Notes: a model not told the origin generated them from the sequence alone. A stretch of DNA of 63,820 bases, filler included, from Platydemus manokwari (GCA_037951405.1; 4 parts of 4 records of this genome joined end to end with filler, not necessarily neighbours in it), one strand, 5' to 3'; counted from the first letter of the whole stretch, positions 39,928-53,935 are shown. Translations and numbers: made by a program.

Positions 39928-40027
39928 NNNNNNNNNNNNNNNNNNNNNNNNNNNNNNNNNNNNNNNNNNNNTTAATTAATTAANNNNNNNNNNNNNNNNN
40001 NNNNNNNNNNNNNNNNNNNNNNNNNNN
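39928..40027. other. Assembly gap spacer
   Basis: N44-TTAATTAATTAA-N44. Confidence 0.97.
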
Positions 40028-41440
40028 TTTAGATTTTCCATTAGAATAAAACTTGGGTTCATTCGAAAATCGCTTATCTGAGTGTCTCCTGGGACTGGGG
40101 GCATTATTAAGCCCGTCATCTCTCTGGGCATACTCGTTTTTAAGATCTTGGTATGAGTCTAGCATAAAGTTCAGTAAGTCCAAAAGCATAGCAGCGTTTA
40201 ATTTTAATTTATTAAAATTACGAAATCCGAGTGGCTTTTGGCAATTCGAAGTTTCACGTGGAAGACTTGATGCAAACAAGCTATGTTACAGACATGGTCC
40301 TTGAAACAATAAAATTATATCAATATATTACGTATAGATCTGATTCATTTTTTGAAACCTATTAAACTTATTTTGTCTGTATTCGAAAATGATATTTTGG
40401 AAACACCTGCATGGCCTCTTGCAACCACTGGTTTAATACTTTCTTAAAACTATTGTATATTTTCAAATTTGAAAATGAAAAGTTAATATAACCATTTATG
40501 TGCAAATTGATAGCTTAATACCAAAAATTATATCACAATAGTCATAAAATTATATAAAAATTATTTCCAAAACAGAAAATCAAAAAGATAAATAAATACA
40601 TAACATTGCTGAAATCAGAAAGATAAATCCCAAACATAGAACTAAACACTAATATTGAAAAAGAACATTTGATATTAATTATAGTTAGATGTCTGTAAAA
40701 CGAGTATTATTACAGTACAGAAATATTGATCACAGTTTACACAACATACATTTTATCACACACAGTTTATTAGTTATAATAGATTGTGTTTATCAAAAAA
40801 TCATTTGGCTTGCTTTTAAAATTTGTATGAAAACATAAATAAATGACAGGGAAATATCAGAAATACAAATAGAAATTCAACATTTATATTTACATATAAA
40901 CATCAGTTTATATTTACAAAATCGTTTCATGATTAATTTGGCGTTTATCTTGACCACAAGTATTTCCAGCACAGGATTGAATACGAATTCAACCAATTAT
41001 AGGAAATGCTAAAAATAACTATTAATACTATTTCAACTATGATTGTTATATTTATTTTAATTATATATTCAGACAAATGCCTCGTTCTTGTAATCAGATT
41101 TCATGGGTAGCTCGAGACTCATCATTATTTATTTTTACTTTTTTAATATTCATAATACTTACCATTATAAAGGGAAGATTTTCTTCTTTCATTTCAATTC
41201 GACAAGTCAAGAGAATCTAAATTCGATATATTAATTTAATATAAAAATATTTGAAATTATATGATGCTCAAAATCTCAGGAAATCATTCTCAACAGAAAG
41301 TCTGAAGACCGTCGTGATTTGAAGTATCATCAATTCATAATACATTAAATATACATATATTGTATTCAAAACTTACATTTGTTTACTGTCATTTTGTGTT
41401 TGTACATCACTACTTGATTTAAATTATTATCATAGGCACC
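40028..41440 (-). CDS. Exons of an unidentified multi-exon gene (frame ambiguous)
   Basis: Several GT-AG bounded open segments, e.g. 41377-41438 GAYDNNLNQVVMYKHKMTVNK, and segments in 40028-40445; no recognisable domain. Confidence 0.3.
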
Positions 41441-42688
41441 TAAAGGTAGAAATATTAAATTTAACAATTTTATATTCAATACAATATATTATTATAATAT
41501 AAAATATTTTCAGTAATAAATTTTCAACATCATTATCTGACCCGAAAGATGAACATCATTTTATAATACTTATCATATTAAAATAATTGTTTCACAAAAA
41601 TTACCTTAGATTAAATTTATGTGCAATATATTTTATCACATATATAAACAATTTTTAAATTTTTTAAATAATAATTCTGGTAATTATTCAGTTTATTTCT
41701 TGCTACGAAGCGTTTTTGCATATTATTATCGATGCTGAAAAATCAAGTAATCCATTAAGTAGTTTCAGACCAAATAGAAAATTTAGTATTAAGTGCTTTC
41801 TGCAAGATTAGTTTATATAATATTTTTTCTGTATGTTTTATTGTTTGTATTTTTTTTTATTTTCGAATAGTCCTTTAATGGAGTGTCACTCTATTCTTTC
41901 CTTGTCTTTTGTATTTATATCAATACACGTCGTTATTTTAAAATTGTGTGTTTTTACTATTTTTATGATTGTATCATTTTTCAAACCAAACAAAAAAGTA
42001 ATTTTCCAAAAATGCTACGTATAATAATTAATAATGTAGAAGATTTTCGCCCAGGATATATAATTTATCACAAATGAACATAACATTTTTCTATAAACAT
42101 GGATAAAATGGCATTAAAATATTTATTTATGCAACGATTAATTTTACGTCATTGTTAAAAAAATAAATTGTCAATAGAATATGAATTGAACATTTAATTA
42201 TTGAATAACAACCTTTATTTGAAAATTAGAATAATTATGTCTATAATTTGATTTGTAAAATAACACAGAAAATAAGTTTTTATTCATTCAAAAAATAATA
42301 TTAATCAAAATGAATCACTGATAACAAGAATTTTAGCGCTCTAAAAGATCGAGAAAATAAGAACAGAATATTTACAACTAAGTTAGCTCTGAAAATGCGA
42401 TTATTTGATAAATTAAAGTTTGACCCAAAATGAAAGTAAAAAATACTTCAGGTTTGTTACCGATGGATCCATAAACGAGTCGTTCACCTATCATACTAAA
42501 ATTATAAATCGTTGTGCAAAATGAATTTTGTCATGGTTTATCTTGATATTTAATTTGTGAAGGTTTCGGTAAATGAAGTTTTAATAAAAATATATTGCAT
42601 GTTGTTCCTGATTAAAAATATAGCAATTATTCTTAGGAACAAATCAGCACTACATTGTACTTATGATAATCATCAAAGTTGTTGATTT

Positions 42689-43353
42689 TTATTTAACATA
42701 CACAATGGTCTTTACCTTAGGCCTTCTTGTCGAATAAACATTCAACATTTTTTGAAAGCAAGTAACTCTGACTCTCTTATTATCCGTCAGATTATGAGGA
42801 ACCCATCTGTTGCAAAGTGACCTCTTTCCAAGTTCCTGTTTCAATATGCGATGAACAATCATTTCTTTAATGCCAGTGACTCTTGAAATTCCTATACAGT
42901 TTAAGTGGTAATATTCTTCAACGCACAACAATCACATTCTTTTCTACAATGCTTTCTAAATCTTCTTTTCGGCCAAAAGGTTTTCGCCTGCAAACGCTTT
43001 AGTAATCTGCTGTACTCTCCGAAGACTGATGATGTCATTTTCTCGCCAACTTTCGACAAGAAAGCGATGAATTTCGGTAGCCCAAACGTTGTTACGTGTT
43101 AAAGTTGCTTTGTTTTCATCTTTCAAGTTAAATCATATAACAAATTCTAATCGATTTATTTAAATTTAAATTTTTCAGGCTAAATAATATAACCAACTAT
43201 AATCAATTTATTTAAATTTAAATCTTGAACTTTCAAGTCTTGTTAACGATCTACCTTAGAAAATTTACCAAAGAAAGACCTGTCTACAAAATTTTGACTT
43301 TGATCTTAAATATTTTCTGACTGTTAAAAATGACATTTTCTTGGCGGCCCCTA
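42689..43353 (-). mobile_element. mariner transposase remnant
   Basis: VHRILKQELGKRSLCNRWVPHNLT contains the mariner WVPHEL linker after an HTH; TIR-like end ...ggcggccccTA near 43351. Confidence 0.8.
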
Positions 43354-43592
43354 TTCTATTATTGATTATCGATTGTTAATTGCTGATTCGTTGATAAATA
43401 AAAATATTTATAAATTAATATTATCTATAAATTTCTCGATTTACAACCAACCGAAATAATAGTCAGATCTCTCCAAGAGCCAGAAACGTAACAAATTGGT
43501 AAGCCTGCCGACGTGATACAAATTGAGATCACGACTAAATTAATAAAACCTTAATTCTAAAGTTTATTTCATCAAATTCTTAAGAAATTATA

Positions 43593-44148
43593 ATGGGAGA
43601 TTTTGATCCACCAGTAATTAATCAACAATTACCACAACATCATCCAAAGCTGAAGTCGCCTTTGGGCCTCGAGCTCAATGGGATGACCAAATCAACGTTA
43701 TAGTTAAAGATCAGTTCTGGGACGGCCCACCAAGTGGTATAAGAAAAGCACTGAGTCTATACGCAGGAGACCCGCTAATTGAATTAATAGAAAAAGCACG
43801 AAGAGCAGAAGCAACTGAAAATAATTTAAATGCATCCCTTTTAGAGGAACATGCTTTCATAGCAAACGAAAATAAGGGAAATAATAATAGAGCCAATAAT
43901 AAAAATGATTATAACTCGAAACCAAATCAAAATAATTATGATAAATCAAACTTAAGGTGCCAACGACAAGGGCACAGAACCAATGAGTGTAGATCAATGA
44001 TAGATCTACAAGGGAACCCTATTAAATGCAATAAATGCGGGCGAACGAACCACCCAACCAGTAAATGTAAATGCACTAATCTTAAATGTAATAGAGAAGG
44101 GCATAATGACAACGCCTGTAGATCGGGAAGCATGAATGATAATTTTTA
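43593..44148 (+). pseudogene. Gypsy gag remnant with several CCHC knuckles
   Basis: KDQFWDGPP capsid block; RCQRQGHRTNEC, CNKCGRTNHPTSKC, KCNREGHNDNAC; similar to the 56640-57340 remnant. Confidence 0.75.
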
Positions 44149-45029
44149 AACAAACAAAAGAGACGTTGTAAACACATATTAAAATAAATGTTTCAAAAAA
44201 ATTACCTTAGATTAAATTTATGTGTAATATATTTTATCACATATATAAATAATTTTTTTTTAATTCTATATATTTAATAATAATATTGATAATTTTTTTT
44301 ATCAATTTTAGAATTATGTTTTATAATAGAATTTACGAGTTAAAGCATTAATACAGAAATTTCGTTAAACTAGAATTTTTCAGGCAGGTTATTACTGTAG
44401 CAATTTTTATAAGTAACAATATGCTAGAAATTTATCGAAAACTTTGATAATTGATTTTTAAAAATTTCACATTTTAATCACATAAAAACAAGTTACACTG
44501 TTTATCTCGTTCTAAAATTGTCAAGAAAATATAAAATATATAATAGCAACAAATAACCAAGGTGTTATTTTAGTAAGAAAATTGATCGAATCACAATCCA
44601 CGAGTGTTTATCACAGTATGGTATGCACATAAAAGATAAAAGAATGATAGAAATGACGCTCATAAAAGATTTTCACCAGAATGATTACACAAAAGAATAA
44701 GAAAAATATGAAAGAACATGAAAGACTCTCTTCTGTTCAAGAGTTCTAATTATTATTATAAACTTGTCATATCTGCTTACCATTGTCGATTTTGATTGGC
44801 AATTTGACTATTAAAGGCCTTTTACACATAGTATAAGAAGATCGAATCATACAGCCGAGCAAATAAGTATCAAGGGAATAACCACCATAATTATAGGTTG
44901 TTTTGAATTTTTTCACAATTCAGCTGGTTTTTATTTATTCAATTTGACAAAGTATGATTTTAAGGTCAGCAACAGTAAATTGTTTAGTAGGTGATGCGTA
45001 AAAATCCAAATTTCTGGCAATAAATTGAA

Positions 45030-45225
45030 GTATGAGGCTGAAAAGCAGTGCACCAGTGTGCCTTGCTTTTTCATGGTTGACCATTTGTTGAAGAAAGTCA
45101 TTGATGCCGAGTCGTAGAGGAGGTCATACAGCTTCCCGCGGTTGTCTTTTGAGAAGAAGTAAGTCTTGTCCGAATTGACAGTTACCTTCAATTGAATTTC
45201 TGTGTTGTTGTGACTGGGTCACAAG
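45030..45225 (-). mobile_element. Second fragment of the RLE-LINE family seen at 20561-22204
   Basis: IQLKVTVNSDKTYFFSK...MTFFNKWSTMKKQGTLVHCFSAS aligns with IQLKVTVIPNKTYFISK...MSFFNHCSNNKNQGRLFHCFSSS at about 21320-21480. Confidence 0.75.
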
Positions 45226-46105
45226 CAAATATAATCTTGGAAACTTATTGATTTTCTTATTATTTTTCTTAGTGTAAAAATTTTAACATAGTCTTTTTGG
45301 CCAATTTTTTCTTAATCATCAATTCTGTCGCGAACAAACTGAATAAGAGAGAATTCGAGAAACTATATTGCAATGAAATCAATCTTTTAATTTGGATATA
45401 ATAATAATAGATAGATAATGTATTTTGTAAAATAAAAAAAATATAATTTTTCAAAATCCCTTTTTAATATTTTAAAGTTTGCAACGAGAACAGTATTCAA
45501 TCATTTTAATGCAATTTAGTCAATCGAACACAAGTTAAGGCATTTTGCTAAAATTTGATTGAAATATGAATTTTATAAAGTTGTGAAATGTCGAAAACAT
45601 ATGCGTAATTATGTTGACTTGACTTATCAACAGAAAAATATGTAGATTGCATAATTGTAAATAGATCCATTGTATGTCGATTTCCAACTGGAGGTAAGTG
45701 CTGGTTTTAAATGATAAGATAAAGTTCATTTGTCAGTTTGATTTCCTTTCTACCCCGTTTTCTAATTAATTGATTTTATAATTTATGAATATTGCCATGA
45801 TGGATTTATGCGTAACTCCGAGAATTCCAGTGTTTGTCATTGGAATATGTTTGTTGTCACGATGGCGATAACTTAACAATAGCTATTAAGTTATTTTTGA
45901 GTCAATAGTCAATTTTAATAACAAAATGACTATTTAATAAATTACTATAATTTTTAAGAATATTAATTTACTTAGTTTTATTCCGATAATGTAAAATAAA
46001 GCTGTCGTTTAATAACAAGATTGTATAATATTTATGCAATGATGATAATTAAATTTTCATATTTTCCACCGATAACTTTCTTTTTGATCCAATTGATAAA
46101 ATTAC

Positions 46106-46843
46106 TTCATTTAACGCCTTCAATTCAGGATTGGTTTCCTTTAGTGAAGTAGCTAGCCTACTTTTATCTAGTATCTAAGTCTGCTTCAATGTTGTAATCA
46201 TAATTATAAAACTTACTTTGTGGATATTTGTGGAATTGCTCACATTTTTCCTGGTGTTGCTTATTTTAACAATATTGGATTCTTTTAAACTTGCAATGAA
46301 TTTTTCTTCATTTTCTGGCAATTCATAACTAATCAATAAAGAATTATCTCGAATTGTTACTCCTAAATTTATTATTCGATACAGTAAAATTGCCAAACCT
46401 AAAATCAAACTAATAATAATTGCATTAATTCGAAATTTGTGTAGAAATTCAAAATCTTTCAACATTCTTGCTAAAATTAAATTGTGTCTAGTTTTTAGAT
46501 CACTTCTTGATTCTATAAGTGGATTTTCATACCAAACAATAAATTCTATTATTCCAAATCCCAATCCAAAACTCAAAAAAATCACGAACAGTAAAATTAA
46601 AGCCATTTGAAATTTCAAGAGTTTTTGAAATACGTTTGTCAAAACAGTTATTATGGATAAAATAATGAATATTGAACCGCACCATATTCCACAATAATGA
46701 AACCACGGAATCGGTACTGTTTTATTAGTTACTGGTTCTCTTAAAACACATCCACCTACTCCAATTGCAACGCAGAACAATCCCAGACAAAACAAAATCC
46801 AATTTAGAAACGTATCAATATAATATAAATCTTTCAAACTCAT
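46106..46843 (-). CDS. Four-transmembrane protein, MS4A/CD20-like; further 3' exons likely
   Basis: Exon 46843-46217 has four hydrophobic segments and GIWCGSIFII in TM2, resembling the MS4A WGG..FII motif; 42-nt GTAAGT..TAG intron; exon 46174-46106 in frame. Confidence 0.6.
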
Positions 46844-47230
46844 TTTCGAATCAATAATATTTAAAATAGTTTATTAATAATTGCTTATATGTGTATTTAT
46901 TTTTATTTTTAAAACCAATGCTGATAATCAAGGGCAGTACAGATTTTATAATTGAAAACCATTAGAAAAGTATGCATGAAGTGGGTTAATTACAACCCGG
47001 AGAAATGGATTGTAGGATCGAGAAATCGATAGGATCTTGGTTTAGGCACATTTCTTGAAAGACGTTATTATTTGTTGGGCTTTATGATTTGTTAATTAAA
47101 GTTGGTCTTTTATTATAGAATATTCGTCTATAATGAATTTTCGATAGTATATATTTAAATATGAATAACTAGATTATTTATTATATACAATATTATATTC
47201 AAACTAAAATATGCATAATTGGATAGTTGA

Positions 47231-47462
47231 GCCCTTGATTATGAAAGTGGTATAAGTCATTTCAACTTTTCAAAAGCAAATTTCCATTTAAAAATGGTAA
47301 TAAATTTCACAATCATATTAAATGCTGATTTACCGGCGCTAATTAATTGTCAAAATATTTCATTCCATAATACACAGATATTTTTTAATGCTTTAACATA
47401 CAAACCCCTTAATATCTCCAAACAAGAAATATATGACTTATACCACTTTCATAATCAAGGGC
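47231..47462. mobile_element. MITE with 30-bp perfect TIRs
   Basis: GCCCTTGATTATGAAAGTGGTATAAGTCAT ... ATGACTTATACCACTTTCATAATCAAGGGC; a second copy lies at 24255-24369. Confidence 0.85.
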
Positions 47463-50400
47463 ACAAGTGTCGATTTTTAATGCTGATTATTGATTAATAA
47501 AAATTTATAATTTTCTATAAGCGAATAAAATTATGTTGAGATTTACAATTGGTTTTTTAAAGATTTGTTAATTATTTTACGAAAAATTATTGGAGTAGAT
47601 TGTTTAATGAAGAATCATTGCAGCAATTGAATCACAACATAACAATTCTTTTATGCAATAATAAATCACTGGCAATTACAGTAAAATAATTACAGTATTT
47701 AGTATTTCTTTCTGGCTTTTATTGATTTTTTCAAAACCCAACATTGTATAACATTCTAACTTGTCGTCTATCTAACATAATCTTCTCTAAACATTCTTTT
47801 AGATTAAAGTCAGGTGTCATTAGTGCCAACGTACCAGGATTAGTTTGCAATGTAACTTATAAGGTACATCATGGCCGATTTTTTATAATCTTTGTGTATT
47901 TTATATGTATTGTCTTTACAGTTGAATTTATCATGTTCGTATTTATAAATTTATATTTTTCGGTGGAAATTATCAGCAAAATATTTATTTTTTTTAATAA
48001 CAAATTATTTTTTAACAGGATATCACTAGTAATCTATTATTGCTGATCTTTCATCTGCTAACCGGGCGTTGGTAATCCACTTCATCAATTTCCCCCTAAT
48101 AATCAGTTGAGAAATTTATCAGCCAGTTTTTTGAAAAGTTTTCAATTGTGGTTATGTTTGTAAGTGCTGTAATTAAAAAATCCTTTAAAAACTTCATCCA
48201 GTGCTTCATCTTCAATCTAATCTAAAAACCTCCTTCAAACAATTCACGTAAAACCTGTGCCACATTACAATATTCTGATTCAGTTATTTTATCGTATAGT
48301 TTTACTTGAAATGCTTTGTGAATCTAATTATTTCACAGTAAGCTGCTTCGATTGAAGCATTCATGTTAATGTATTGGAATTAATATAATCATTTTCTTTT
48401 TTATTCAATTTCCATTTGCGAAATATTCGACAAATACCGATAAGACAAACATCTCGAAACCTTATGAATTGTTCTGTTCACCGTAAAGGTAAGCGTTCGA
48501 ACTAGTAGCCAACAATGTAGATGACCTAATTTATTATCATGGAATGAGTAATTTCAGAAGTTAAAAAATTGAAATTAAATGCATATAAATATCATGAATA
48601 TATCTTCTTGCTTTCTGGACTCTTTAGACAAAATCATTTTGTAAGAATAATTTAAATAACAATTCAGAAAATAAATTTATTGACGTCTTATTATTGATTT
48701 GTTATTGGCTTATTGTTATATTATATTTATCCTAATAAATTCGAATTATTCTACTTTATTAAAATTTTCGACTCTTCAAAGTCAGAATTTGTTGTATCTC
48801 GATTTACTGATGTGAGAATCTCATTGGATTAGTATGCACAAATTAAAGCGATATATTACGGAATATTGTTATCAGCATTTGTCCGGATTTACAGTGAAAA
48901 GTGTTTATCAATATTTAATCATTGGATGGAAAGTTATTTTATTTTTTTTTCCAACAAAAATAAGAGAAAAAATCCAAATATTAAAAAAAAATTGAAATCA
49001 TCTTTCCTAATTGGAAATCGACTGATCATAGAAATACAGTTAAACGTCCTAGACTCGGTGTAATGTTCTTAATTGAAATGGTTTAATGGAGATAGTCATG
49101 ATTCGAATGACGGAGTTGTATTACTAAAGATCAAAGATAAGTCTTTTTCATTTGAAATTAAATTTGAGTGTCGATTATTAAAGATGAATAATATTAGCCA
49201 ATATAAATTAAATTCGTTTTTAATTAAATAATGGTTTTTTGAATTCTTTTAAGTAATTTTTAAATATTGAAATTAATCATTGAAAATTTAAACATTTCCC
49301 CAGTATCTCTCAATTTTATTATGTTTCTTCTGAATTAGTTAGTGGTTCACTAAAATTATTTACATAGGCGACCAGTGAGATATATTTTCTGTATTATTTA
49401 ATTTATAAAATGAAGACAGCAATACATAAAGCAGTGATTGAAATTTTGAAAATTTTTATTGAAAAATTTGTTTTTATTTTCAAAGTTCTAAATTTTTGTG
49501 AGAGACCTGATTTCATTGGTGTCAAATAAATTTTTTATGATTATTTTAAATAGAAAATATATTTATATTAAAAATATCAAGTGTGCATGTATTTTAACGT
49601 AGATTGTTTAGGATAATGGGATCCACAGAATGATGGAGTCTTGAGTCTAATAGGGTTAGATAGTAAGAGTTCGAATTAGCTGGCTTCACTTCTTGTTTCT
49701 ACTTCTATTATAGAATCATATAAATTATATAGGTCTCATATAGCGAAGAAGGATAGGGCTCCAATAAACAGCCCCGCCATAATGTAACAGAAAAAATGAC
49801 AGCTTGAACATACATAAAATGGATACCAATATAGGTATTTCTATTATTATTGTTATTGTCTATTGTTTATAAGGTGTATCGTGTTTTCCACCTTCTTATT
49901 CATATTTATGGTGTGGTACAGCGCATCTATCTTGATTGCTGAGATCATCTTATCATGGGAAAAACCTTGTATAAATCGATTATAGGATATAGAATAAATA
50001 TTACCTTGCGTTTTCGTTTTAGATCAGAAAAAATATCGCCATGGAGATGAGTTTTTATTGTTAAATAATTATATTCTGTTTTTTAGATTTTAGCCTGGTA
50101 ATTGATGAAATACGGGGGTGATTGCGGAACGAGAATATTAGACTAAAGAAAAGCACACAGCGAAAATATTCATGCCTGTGAAAACCGACTACGACTTAAA
50201 AAATTTGGACTATAAAACCAAAGTTTTCAAACTTTTTTTAAACCAAAACTATGAAAGACTTTGATTTTCAAACGAGAAATTTTTATGTTTTGTAATAAAA
50301 TCTTTTCACCTCAAAATGTTTGAACATTTTGATTTAATTTGCTTTTGTGGTTTGAAGTTATTGAATTGTTTTCAATTTGAGTATAACAAAATAGCAGCAG

Positions 50401-51003
50401 CTAAGTATTGAGATCATGTATTTATATATTATTCTGACACCCATGTTACAAAAATATGTAAGATAATGAACATACAGAATTAATAGCATTGAGAACATAA
50501 ATATAGAAAATAAATGCAATAAATTTGAAGATTCCAAGAAATGGGAATGTGACGATTTTAAAATCAAACAAATGATTATTTTAAGTAGAAAATCTTGATA
50601 TATCAAAAAATATATAAAATGAACAATATAATGTGTTTGAGTATTTAAATTAAATATATTTGTGTGATGAAATTCTTAATTTATTTTCAATTATCATCAA
50701 TCATGCCACGCCAAGTATTAATCTATAATATCACCAAATTAGTTTACATAACTCAATAATATATTCATTTCTAAAATACTAATATAAATACATGGAGATT
50801 ATATAAAAGAATCTTAGAAAATTGAAATCAATAAAATATTTATATGTATTATCCAGATAGAAATTTCCTCTTGACATTATACCCGTCGTTAAATTGTCTC
50901 AAAGGACAGAAACTGCGCAAAAAATCAAACCGAGATTGCGATTGGTTCATTTAGAAAGTCAGAATAATATTTAATATGGACTGACAGAAATTTCTTTGTT
51001 ATA

Positions 51004-51623
51004 ATGAAGAGCTTCAATTTTTCAATTGATGACATTCTGAATAAAAATGAGCCAACTGTGGTCTGCAATGATGGAGAAAATCGAATGAACAACGATGAAA
51101 AAGATGCTGCACATCTATCCAAAGGTGATATTGTCACTATTATTATTAGAATTTTTGTTTTTAAATTATCAATAAAAAAACTGTCAGGTTAATAATCTGT
51201 TATCGTACAGATAAAGAAAAGGTGATCTCGTCCACAAGAAAGTCTAGATTTATTATTTTACACAAATACCAAAAGAAAACTCGCACAGTTTTCCTCAAAA
51301 ACCAAATTATGGAATTGGAAGCGGTGTTTCACGTTAAGAAATATTTATCCAGCAGTGAACGTTTATTGTTGTCGAAAAAATTGCAAATCAGTGAGCCACA
51401 GGTGAAGATTTGGTTTCAGAATCGTCGGAATAAATTCAAACGTGTTGTTTCACAAAAATGTAACTTTCTTGGTGCCAATGCCTTAGAAATTTTGACAGAG
51501 TATCCAACTACAATGGATGTTATGCAATTAAAATATTCGAATAATCCTTTGAAACGTCGCTTTTGGAGCTCTTTTAGTGCGGATGATCGCTGTTTATTAA
51601 GGAAGACAGTTTTTGAAAAATAA
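51004..51623 (+). CDS. HMX: NK5/HMX-class homeobox transcription factor, divergent
   Basis: Exon 51004-51124 with eh1 motif FSIDDIL; 86-nt intron; exon 51211-51623 with homeodomain [25 protein letters not shown]...[26 protein letters not shown] and NRRNK are characteristic of HMX. Confidence 0.82.
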
Positions 51624-51928
51624 AATTATTTGATTTCTTTTGTAGACGCTTTCATGGCAATTATCCTCAATTATAAACTACATTTAATTTTCAAAATTTA
51701 TTTATTGATTTTCAATTCAGCTGATTTTAATTTTTGCTTTTAATTATATTTTAATAATATTTCATGGCTATCATTTTATTTTGCTTTTTACTTTCATTGC
51801 ATAACACAAATATTTACATATAATAATAAATTTATTGACTTCCGATCTTGTTTTAATAATCTGTTCACAGAAAATTAAAGAGGGTATTCAAGTAAAATTC
51901 AAGACTATCTGGGCTGTTGTAATACATT

Positions 51929-52062
51929 TTAATAAATAAACTGAGAACATCTTAGAGATTAAATAAAAATCGAGTTAATTTCAAATTAAATAAATCTATA
52001 CACGATTAAATTCTTCATGGAGTTTTATTTAATCTCTAAGATGTTTTCAGTTTATTTATTAA
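51929..52062. repeat. Foldback or tiny MITE with 40-bp inverted repeats
   Basis: ttaataaataaactgagaacatcttagagattaaataaaa ... ttttatttaatctctaagatgttttcagtttatttattaa (1 mismatch). Confidence 0.85.
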
Positions 52063-53708
52063 GTATAATCTTGGTGATGTTTAAAGTTGCTCAAGTTTCT
52101 CATCTGATTCTTAGCTTACATGATTACCAATTACATTGAATAAGAGTCAGTTTGAACACACTGAAACTAAATAATATTCAAAGCTATAGATTGTGTGGAG
52201 TAGTGATTTCTCTTTAGTTCAATTTATTGTTCAATCTCCACTGTCGGTGTGGAAGCAAATTTTAATTTTCGAATTTTAAACGAATTATTTCGGTGTTTTG
52301 CAAATTTACTGCTTGTATTATTTTAACCTTAAGAAAATAGTTATAGTGAATCATAATTGTTGAATATATTAAATAACAACATAATCTCTACTAGTTTATG
52401 TCTTGAAATTATTTATAATATTTATAAATTCGTTAATGAAGAATGAAAATGTTTTATAAGTGGTAATTTATCAATACAACTTTATTCGATTTTTAAACCT
52501 TTGTTAAGAACAAAAGCTTTCGAAATTTAAATCCTGAGTTTCCCTTGCCTGACTTCCATTTAAATCAGGTTTCATTAATCATAACCCTTTAATCGGTTTT
52601 ATACATTTTATTCAATCTCAAACCCTAAATTGTAATCAATCATAAGTTAATAAGTAATGTACGATTAAGCTCTAAACAATATTAAATCACCAACGCATGA
52701 TTTACACATATTCATTACTGAAATACCCTGTAATTTGTAATTAAACTAATGCGTGTTATTAACAGCTTAGTGAACAACCAAAGGCTGATATAATACTACA
52801 TTCTTGTGTCTCTTCTGCCCGTATTTCAAATTATCAAAGTACACTATTTTGACATTACTTATATAGTAATTTTCAAATATGTTTTTCTTAGTATGTCTCT
52901 AATTATAGACTTTATTTCTTATTATACCTTCGAGTTCATAACTAAAAGATAAAATAATAAATAATAAAGAATTACAAAAAATTTACAATCATTAGAAAAA
53001 TTTTGAACTTTATAGACCCTTGGCATATAAACAAGCTTTTGTAAATTTGTATTTGTCTTGATGATTCATCATTTTGATTTGATCTTTGTTCAAGACAAAG
53101 GCAGGCCAGAAATTTCCAAAGACAAAGCAATTTCTCGCAGTAAGCAGAACGTCTTTATGTATGTCAATGAGAGGCTTTCTGCCAATGGAAAGACAAAGCT
53201 TCATCAACCGTCAAACAATCATAGGACAAAGACAGTTTCGTTTTCTAAGAAAAAAATCACACAAATCTGAGGTAAAATTTACTGAGCTTCATTTTATTTT
53301 TGGCATCATGAAGAAAATTTGAAGCCTCGTCGATCTATGCATTGCCAAATGTCAAACGCAAAATTGTGGAGGAAAAATAATATTTTGATTCTATTGTTGG
53401 GTACTAAATACTAAAATAAATAATAACAAAATCATATACATTTTTTCAAGAAAACCAGTCACTAAAGCCACCCAAAAATAGAAATTATATAAATAAAATT
53501 TATTAATATGAAAAATAGAAAAAATAATTAAAAATTACTAAAATTGGGACAAAAAAATCTGAGAACCTGAAAATAGAATAAATAAAATATAAAAATAATA
53601 AAAAGATAATTCATTAAAAAAGAATCACATTAAAAGAAAAGCAATTAGTCAGCAAAACACACACAACTACTCTAAACAAAAGTTTATAAAAAACGCTCAC
53701 ATTCATTA

Positions 53709-53935
53709 TGTTAAGTGGTCAAGATACAATAAAAAAAATAGATTAATAAACTACCTTTTGTTGAAAATTTAGTTCTATTTTGGCCCTCCATAGGCCTCAT
53801 CAGTATCCGGGTTCAAAGATATATAAGACGATCTCTCGGAACCTTCAAGAACGATAGCTACAATGATTATGATGGTGGTTTTATGATACAGATACAGTCC
53901 TATTCCGGCCTTCCGTGGACCTCATTCTCGGACCA
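53709..53935 (-). ncRNA. Repeat copy 2 with two tandem degenerate hammerhead-ribozyme motifs
   Basis: Minus strand CTGATGA-GGCCT-atgga-GGGCC-AAAA-TAGaaCTA (core 53803-53797) and agaATGA-GGTCC-acgga-AGGCC-GGAA-TAG (core 53928-53922); 125-nt spacing as in copy 1. Confidence 0.62.

Noticed and set aside
13200-43040. Other isolated CTGATGA/CTGAAGA heptamers (e.g. near 13207, 20485, 33985, 41302, 43027)
   Set aside because: No stem II plus GAAA context; expected by chance.
53010-53330. Overlapping ORFs as a gene or Tc1 DDE domain
   Set aside because: Only a faint resemblance to a transposase tail, with no diagnostic motif.
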